NCBI GenBank assembly: GCA_000004985.1
Contig: GG738877.1
DNA length: 64,000 nucleotides
From: Naegleria gruberi
Taxonomy: Eukaryota
Direction: 5' to 3' (one strand)
Positions 56,595 to 64,000 of this stretch are shown here, piece by piece (positions within the stretch are counted from its first letter, which is position 1; each line of letters begins with the position of its first letter). A program made the position numbers and the translations under genes. The notes under the pieces were generated by a model. That model ran no database searches and had not been told where the DNA came from. It worked only from the letters and a program-made list of their open reading frames with translations.

Positions 56595-58307
56595 TTAATT
56601 GGCAGAATTGGAGGCATTCTTAAACTTTTTGATAGTATCAGGATTCAAATCAAGGTCTTCCAAATCTCTCACAATTTCAGCTTGGTTAATTTTTTGCCTT
56701 CTCGTTTGTTCTTCTATAAATTCGAGGGCTTTAGGTTCTAAGGATCGTTGCCACTTCTTTCGTTCCATTTCAATGGAGAGTTTGTACAATTCGAACAAGT
56801 TTCCATCCCTTGATGTGGTATTTTCACATAAAAACTGTTCGCATTTGTCAGAAAGAGATGACAATCCGTATAAATCTGAAATGTGCATCAGTTCAACTGC
56901 ATTTGACTTTGTAATCTCTGCCTTTTCACAATATATATATCTTAATAGAGTTTGAAGTGTGGATTCTAAAGAGAATTGTTGTAGTTCCATAACTGGTAAC
57001 TCATGTGTGGCTTCTTGCTGTTTGAATTTCAAACCATCTTCAAAATCACAATTTCCAAGTACATCAAAGAAAGCACATCTAGACATTGCAATACTCTTGT
57101 GGCATAGCAAAATCTTTCCATCAGTAGAGTTGACCATCTTTAGTCCCATGTTGCAACTCGTTTTTTTCAAGGAATCAATCTTTGACTTGCAATCTTTAAA
57201 GAGATAATTAATAGGATCCAAATCATTCAATAGAACATCCTCTTGTTGGTTATCATTTGCCTCTCTTAGCATATTGAATATGTGGTCAACCATACTTTTC
57301 ATATTGAGCATAACTCCAAGTTCCATCAAACAGTAAATATCATACTTATCACTAATTGGTGGTATTTTGGTAGTGTAGAGATAGGTAAGAGCCAACTCAA
57401 AATGTTCCTTATTGGCGTTAATAGATCCAAAATCAATACACTTAAGATTTGTCTGCGCCATTTCGAAATTTTCCTTTGCTAATGCTTGATTGCACATATC
57501 TAAATTAGGTATTCCAAGTATCATACTATACCTAGATTTCAATTCTTTCAATTTGTTTTTTTCCTGAGTAATAATCCTTGTTAGTCTCTGCTGAATAACA
57601 TTAGTATTATTTCTTTTCACATAATTTTCAAAATCTTGAGCACTCAATTTACATAAATTCATTTCATGCTTATCAAGAGTTGGTAAATTAATCACTTTTT
57701 CTAGTTGAACTTTCTTCAAAGCAAATAATACAATTTGAGGCCATCTCGAGAGAATTATCCAACTTTGACATTTGAACTCTGTTGGCTGATTTTGATCCTT
57801 AAATTTAAATCTCAATATCATATCCTCTCCACTATTTGATTCTCTCAATAATTGATCACTACTTGAATTATTTAAATCATTGTGTAGACATTTCATTAAT
57901 AATTTATGCATCACTGAAAGTACATTGCTTTCCGTATTCATTCCAGAACTGGTCGATGGAATATTCTTGTAATCATTGAATAATTTCAAAACCGATCTTG
58001 TTTGTAATGAAAGGGCATTCCACCAACATCTTCTATACTCATCGTCACGTAAACCCAACTCGGAGAGATACTTTACCAATGAAATTCTCCCACACAGTGA
58101 AGCATAATAGAGGAGAGAATTTCCATGTGCATCTTTGGCATGTAAAAGTTGTCTGGTTTGGTCATTGGTTAGGAGGTTTTTAACACCATGCAAATCACCT
58201 GTTTTGCACATTGAAAATATGGGAGAATCAGAGTGTTCCATTTTTTTTGTTCGAATGAGTTCACTTACAATTATTCGAATTCGGTTGAGAATGAAAAGAA
58301 GAAACAA
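56595..58307 (-). CDS. ankyrin-repeat plus BTB/POZ domain protein
   Basis: N-terminal ankyrin repeat: LLHAKDAHGNSLLYYASLCGRISLVKYLSELG. C-terminal BTB-like: KILLCHKSIAMSRCAFFDVLGNCDF...ELPVMELQQFSLESTLQTLLRYIYCEKAEI... Confidence 0.65.
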   Translation of the reverse strand: MFLLFILNRIRIIVSELIRTKKMEHSDSPIFSMCKTGDLHGVKNLLTNDQTRQLLHAKDAHGNSLLYYASLCGRISLVKYLSELGLRDDEYRRCWWNALSLQTRSVLKLFNDYKNIPSTSSGMNTESNVLSVMHKLLMKCLHNDLNNSSSDQLLRESNSGEDMILRFKFKDQNQPTEFKCQSWIILSRWPQIVLFALKKVQLEKVINLPTLDKHEMNLCKLSAQDFENYVKRNNTNVIQQRLTRIITQEKNKLKELKSRYSMILGIPNLDMCNQALAKENFEMAQTNLKCIDFGSINANKEHFELALTYLYTTKIPPISDKYDIYCLMELGVMLNMKSMVDHIFNMLREANDNQQEDVLLNDLDPINYLFKDCKSKIDSLKKTSCNMGLKMVNSTDGKILLCHKSIAMSRCAFFDVLGNCDFEDGLKFKQQEATHELPVMELQQFSLESTLQTLLRYIYCEKAEITKSNAVELMHISDLYGLSSLSDKCEQFLCENTTSRDGNLFELYKLSIEMERKKWQRSLEPKALEFIEEQTRRQKINQAEIVRDLEDLDLNPDTIKKFKNASNSAN

Positions 58308-58591
58308 TGCTAAGAAAACAAGAGATTCAATTCTGTATTACTACATAATTCAAAGCTTCATAAAAATAGTAAGCTAAATGACTCCGAAGTTACTGAAGAA
58401 AAATCAATAGAAGAGAAAAACGTAAATTAAGAGGTTAACATTATTTGTAAATAATTGAAACCATGGTTGGGATGTATTCATTAATAGAATCATAAGAATC
58501 AACAGATTAAATTTCAGTATATCAAATAAAGCACTAAATCCTCATACCCTTACTTTGATATGCCACGTGTTATTACTACCTTCATTAAAAA

Positions 58592-61500
58592 ATGCCCAAA
58601 CATAAAAATCATCCCACGCATACCACCACATCAACAACGACTACTTCTCAACAACAACCAAACAATAATAATAATATTACTAAACAATCGAGTACAACAG
58701 CATCAACAGCACGTCGTGGAAGTACAACAACAGCTACAACAACAGCACCTGTAATAAAAAAGGAAACAGAGGTGAAAAAAGATGATCCGACTAGTAATAA
58801 TTCGAGGAATATTCATGAAGAATTGAGAAATGAATTATTTGCGGAAGCTATGGTTTTTCCGGATTCGATATCTTTTTATTATGTGAATGAACCTGTTAAA
58901 AAACCAACACAACAATTATCATATTTGGATGTTGTGAACAAACCTAACACTACCAAAGAACCCGAGAAGAAAATTCCCAGATTGGAAGAATTTACAATCG
59001 ATGACCCCGAGAAAATTGATTGTACTAGGAAAATACAAATGATTTATATTTGTACAGTAAATTATACGGACGAAAATTCACCAATGTATAAACAATATGT
59101 TGATCACTTTTCGGAGGAAATTAAGAGGCCAGAAAATAAGCAATCATCTGTAAAATTAATAGTTACGTAAGTAATTAATTTCAGAAATTGAAATACAATT
59201 TCAAATAGTATTCCAGTTGGATATCCAATTCTTCCACCAGAAGTTTCAATAGAAAATATGTCTACTATTTCCAAAGAAGCTATCAATTATGTTTATCAGA
59301 AAGTAATGGTAAGTTGACCTCAATTATTTGTATTTTACTATTAACGCAATAGACGAAATGTGAAGAAGGCAAAGGTTTCCAACTACTTCACGACATTATT
59401 ACCACCTGTACAGACTCACTTAAAGAGTATGCTGATAGATTAGAGGAAAGTTATTTAAAGGAAATAGATAGACTAAGAGAAGAGAAGGAAAGGAGACAGC
59501 AATTGGATAAACAAATGGAAAAGGAAATTAATGAAATGGGTGCCAAAAGAAAAAAGTTGATCAAAGAGGAAAAAACTAGAAAAATTGAACAGAGAATGAA
59601 ATACTTGAATGATAATTCACCAACACCTATTACTAAAGTGACTGAGGATATTTTCAATTATCAAAAAAGTGTTAGTGGAACACCAACAAAAGTAGGGAAA
59701 TCAAGCTTCTTTGTTCATGAAGAGCAGCAAACTGATAGTGAGGAAGAAGAGGAAGATGAAGAGGAAGACGAAGATTACTTTGATAATGGAGAAGATGAAG
59801 AGGAGGAAGATGAAGAAGATGAGGAAGATGAGGAAGAAGAAGAGGAAACATCTGATGAGGAAGATGGAAAACCATCAAAGTTTTTCAAGCGTTCTGGACT
59901 TGTTGACACAAGTGAGGAGGAGGAAAGCGATCAAGAAGAGGAGGAGGAAGAAGAAGAAATCATTGTAACAGAAGATGATGAGGATGAAAGATCTTCCACT
60001 TCTAAAAAGAAGGCTACCAAGAAGAGCCATGCCAAATCCTCATCCTCTCCAATCAATATTTCATCTGCCTATGATAATAGCTCATCTAGTAACAACTCGA
60101 GTCCAAGTGTAGGAGTTGCCTCCTCAAGTCCTTCTAAAAACTTTATGCACTACTACCTTAATTCAAAGAAGAAAAAACAAGATGAGGAAGATGTTGAAGA
60201 ATCCACAAATGGTGACAGAACTCAAATTCTTCTTATACACATGCTTAGAATGTTTTGCAATAGGCTCTCTAAAAATCAACAAACTGCCTTTACAGATCTT
60301 TCTGATCAGCTAATGAAAATAGGAGTACTGAACTCTGGTATGAGAAGGTACACAGAAAACTTTGCAGATCTAAAGGACCAATTCAAATTATTATTTAACG
60401 AGCAAATCAAATCTTCGAGTGAAAATCCATCAGAGCCATTCTCTTTCTTTTGGAAGGAACCAACTGATCAAATTGACTCTTCATCAAACCATGCTTCCAG
60501 ATACAAATCTGATTTCGAAGAATTGGAAAAGCTTGGAGAGGGAGGTTTTGGTTCAGTGACAAAGGTTAAGAATATGCTCGATCAAAGAATTTATGCCATT
60601 AAGAAAATCAAGTTCCATACACAAAGGGACGAAAAAGAGGAAAAGACAATTCTCAGAGAAGTTAATCTTCTGTCAAGGCTGAATCACAGTTACATTGTCA
60701 GATATTTTAATGCATGGAGAGAAGAAAACAATGAGACTATTGATAGTGAATCTGATTTCCTGAGCACACCTGAAGACAGTGAAGCTTTCTACGATTATTC
60801 ATTCTCTTCCTCTGTTCATTCAGAATTGAGAACCAAAACATATTCCGAGATGAAATCAGCCAACACTTTTAATAAGAATTTGCCTACTCGTATACTTTAC
60901 ATTCAGATGGAGTACTGTCAGCAAATTCTTTCCGATCTGATCAACAATGCCGAACTTTCCAAGGAAGAGGCTTGGAGATATTTCAGACAAACTGTGGAAG
61001 CTTTAGATTACCTTCACAAAAATGATATTATTCACAGAGATTTGAAACCTTCGAATCTTTTCATCAGTGTTGATAAGACTATCAAAGTTGGTGACTTTGG
61101 TTTGTCTGTGGCTGTAAGAGGAAAGAGCTACCAGCAATCTAGGCAATTAAGCAGGGGAGCTTCAGAACATTCATTTTCTCTTTCCAATTCGTCAGATTTG
61201 TCAACTGGTGTAGGTACTATCATGTATGCTGCCCCAGAAGTTTTAACTTCACCTCATTACACATCCAAAGTTGACATTTATTCACTAGGAATAATATTTT
61301 TCGAAATGCTTCATCCAAGATTTTCAACAGGCTCAGAAAGATTGGCTGTTCTCAGCAAACTTAGAGAATCTGGAAAAGTTCCAAATACTTTCCCAGCCAT
61401 TTACGAGAAGGAAAAGGAATTGATAGAGTGGATGCTTAACTCAGACCCCGAAAAACGACCAACAGCTGAACAACTCTTAACCTCCGAATATATGCCAATA

Positions 61501-63327
61501 TCTACAACTGAGGAAAAGTTGGCAATATTATTCAACAGAAAAGAGAAGGATTTTTCTATAAGTACAACTTTCAATCTTTCCAGAGTCTATGCTAGAGAAA
61601 GAGCCATATTGAGGTTACAATCTGTTTTCCAATTACATGCTGCTGTTGAATTTGATGTCGAGTCCTATTTCCCAAATACTGACCAAATCGAGGGTGTACT
61701 TGAAAAGAAAAATCTTTGTCCAGTCATGTTTGAATCTGGTAAATTAATGAATATTGCAAGAGATGGTTCCATATCACTTGCTAGATACCTTGCCAGACTT
61801 CCAAAAGATGGCTACATCAAGTTCCTGAAGAGATATTCATTCCTTACTATTGCAAAACCTTCTACTAAAGAAGGTATGGGAATAGAAACCAGACAAATTT
61901 GTTCTGTAGACATTGTTGGTTCTCGCTTTGGAATGATAACAGATGCTGAAATCATCAAGATGATGTCCAGGGTTGTCTCTTTCTTTACACCAAATGCTGG
62001 TTACTGGGTGCTGAGAATCAATCACTCAGGAATCATTTATTCTATATTGGACTATTGTGATATTCCAAAGAGTGAGCGTGATTACGTCTGTGCATTTGCC
62101 TCCAAACTTAAGAAACATAACTATTCTTGGGACAAGGAGAAATTCATATTAGATAGAGGTAAACCAATTATCAAAGATTTATTCCGTCTTCATGAAGCAG
62201 TAGATGTTACCAGACAAAAGTTGGCAAACATTTTCACTAATATTGGAGCTAGAGAGGCACTAAATGATATATCCACACTTTTGGACAACTTTAGAATATG
62301 GGGAATTGATAAGTCGAACTTTAAAGTTGAATTCGATACAAGCTTGACCAATAACTACCAAAGATATAGTGGTTTAATATTCCAATTTGGTATTCAAAAA
62401 GGAACGATGTACATACCAATAATTAATGGTGGTAGATACGACAAGCTCGTTAGTAATTTCACACTCTTTGATAAATTGCCTCATAACGTAGTTGGAGCAA
62501 ATATCAAATTGGATAAACTTTTCAAATACACAACTATGGTTGAGCATCCTCCAAAATTAGAGTCCCCTACCGAGGAAGGAGAAGAGAATTCAACCATTCC
62601 TCCATTTGATAGTGGTGTACCTCAGGTTTTAGTTTTCTCTGAGAATAGAGATATCAAAGAAGAAAGAATGAAAGTTGCTGATTTATTGTGGGAAGCTGGT
62701 ATTCGTGCCGATTTGACCTATGACGATAATTGTGATTATGAATTTGTAAAGAATTATTGCAAGCAACACAAGGTCAAATATATAGTTGTGACAAAATCAA
62801 ACTTGATTTCAAAGAATTTGGTAAGAATTAGATTGAGTGATCAGAAAGCAGAAAATGGTGTAAAGAAAGCCAAAGTATACGAAATTGATAAGAGAACCCT
62901 TGTACAATACATTACTAGTGACGGTAAAGTGAAGAAGCCAACTATGCCAACAACTTCTTCTACTGGTAATCTTCAAACACTTTCCAGCTCATCAGATAGT
63001 ATACTGCCAGGTAGTGCATCTATGGAGAATAGACTAGATGTTCGATTCCTACAACCAAAGAACAAACCTAAACACCAAAGCACTGCTACAATTGCAATGA
63101 AAAAGTGTAATTTACTCATCAACTCAATGGTTGAAGACAGTATCCTTCTAGTTTCACTCTCAATGACATCACAAGAAGTTAAGGAAGTCACTCCAAAGGT
63201 TTCAATTCGTGGCAATCCAGAATCTGAGCTTCTTGCTCGCTTCCTCAAGGAACATGATGGAAAGACCAATGTTTTTATCTATACATCCAAAGATGATAAG
63301 GTTTCCATTCTATTCTTTAAAAAGTAA
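58592..63327 (+). CDS. GCN2: GCN2-like eIF2alpha kinase with an RWD domain, a protein kinase domain and a HisRS-like anticodon-binding domain, 3 exons
   Basis: Exons are 58592-59166, 59209-59308 and 59353-63327, with GTAAGT donors and ATAG acceptors. The RWD domain is YPILPPEVSIENM...KCEEGKGFQLLHDII, the kinase domain LGEGGFGSVTKVKN..YAIKKI...HRDLKPSNLF...DFGLS, and the HisRS-like domain VLVFSENRDIKEERMKVADLLWEAGIRADL. Confidence 0.85.
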
Positions 63328-63351
63328 AGAGAAGTTGTACTAATTGGAAAT

Positions 63352-63957
63352 TTATTCCTTCTTCTTACAACAACAACAACAGAGGGTTGTAATAGGCCAA
63401 TACACAAACTCATAAACATCCATCACAGTTCTATTATCGTAAAGAATGTAGAGTAATAAGCCCACATTACACAGCAAGAAGAACTCAACAATGAGCATCA
63501 ACCAAACAGCCAATCCTTGTGAAATAATTGTGGTGTAGGTAATCTTTTGAATGGCAGTCAGTAAGAAGAAAATACATGTCAAAAGGAAAGTTACATTGGC
63601 CATAAACATGAATTTGGTAAACTTGAGTGAGGTGAATGAAATCTTTTGCTCTTGCTTAACTCTGGTAACATCATAGTACAATTTAGAACCAAAAACGAAT
63701 AGAGATAGGGCAATTCCAATAAAAATAACAATCACAACTATCAATACAATACCAGATGCGAAAGTATCTTCCACATCCACTTGAGAAGCAATAATCCAAC
63801 CAACAGCAATCAATAATAAAAATCCACCAATAGTAAATAGGACAACTCTCAAAGGCATCAACAAGACATCTGCTGAACCCTTTCTTCTATTTGAAAAGGC
63901 AATATTACTCCACAAGACAACAATCAAGAAGAAACTGACACACATGGCAAAGAACAT
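63352..63957 (-). CDS. multi-pass membrane protein with a C-terminal CCCCC-KKKE tail
   Basis: A 201-aa ORF with at least 5 predicted hydrophobic helices. A stop lies just upstream of the ATG. It ends TTLCCCCCKKKE. Confidence 0.55.
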   Translation of the reverse strand: MFFAMCVSFFLIVVLWSNIAFSNRRKGSADVLLMPLRVVLFTIGGFLLLIAVGWIIASQVDVEDTFASGIVLIVVIVIFIGIALSLFVFGSKLYYDVTRVKQEQKISFTSLKFTKFMFMANVTFLLTCIFFLLTAIQKITYTTIISQGLAVWLMLIVEFFLLCNVGLLLYILYDNRTVMDVYEFVYWPITTLCCCCCKKKE

Positions 63958-64000
63958 TAATGTGAAAAATACATCAATAACAGTAAAGATGGAAGATGGT

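Noticed and set aside
1-64000. Prokaryotic-style interpretation (alternative start codons in the ORF track, search for operons, CRISPR or defence systems)
   Set aside because: Spliceosomal introns with GTAAGT donors, eukaryote-specific genes (LUC7, YJU2, GCN2, ArfGAP, kelch, BTB) and eukaryotic tRNA features show this is nuclear eukaryotic DNA. No CRISPR-like direct-repeat arrays were seen.

Overview
This is eukaryotic nuclear DNA: AT-rich, with short AT-rich GT..AG introns, N/Q/S/T low-complexity coding sequence and Pol-III tRNA genes. The features look most like a dictyostelid-type amoebozoan, but that is an inference. I model about 30 protein-coding genes on both strands. Most are housekeeping: glycyl-tRNA synthetase, a GCN2-like eIF2alpha kinase, LUC7, YJU2/CCDC94, mitochondrial L30, a CPR-type diflavin reductase, a GH13 amylase, a Nudix hydrolase and an FHA-BRCT protein. 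There are three tRNA genes or tRNA-like sequences. The one clear accessory region is 33.3-38.2 kb. It is a frameshifted, composite tyrosine-recombinase (DIRS/PAT/Ngaro-like) retrotransposon remnant. Its recombinase ORF is split by a ~2.3 kb insertion that carries an inverted copy of the element's own 5' terminal ~230 bp. The supplied ORF track allows alternative start codons and omits window-truncated and spliced genes, so I rebuilt several multi-exon models by hand. These include an ArfGAP+2xPH fusion, an IQ-motif gene, the GCN2 RWD micro-exons and a 4-exon membrane protein. Nothing prokaryotic is present (no CRISPR, no operons). Follow-up candidates are a divergent CPR / geranylgeranyl-reductase-like pair with an unclassified radical-SAM enzyme 2 kb away, and a truncated P-type-ATPase N-terminal ORF.
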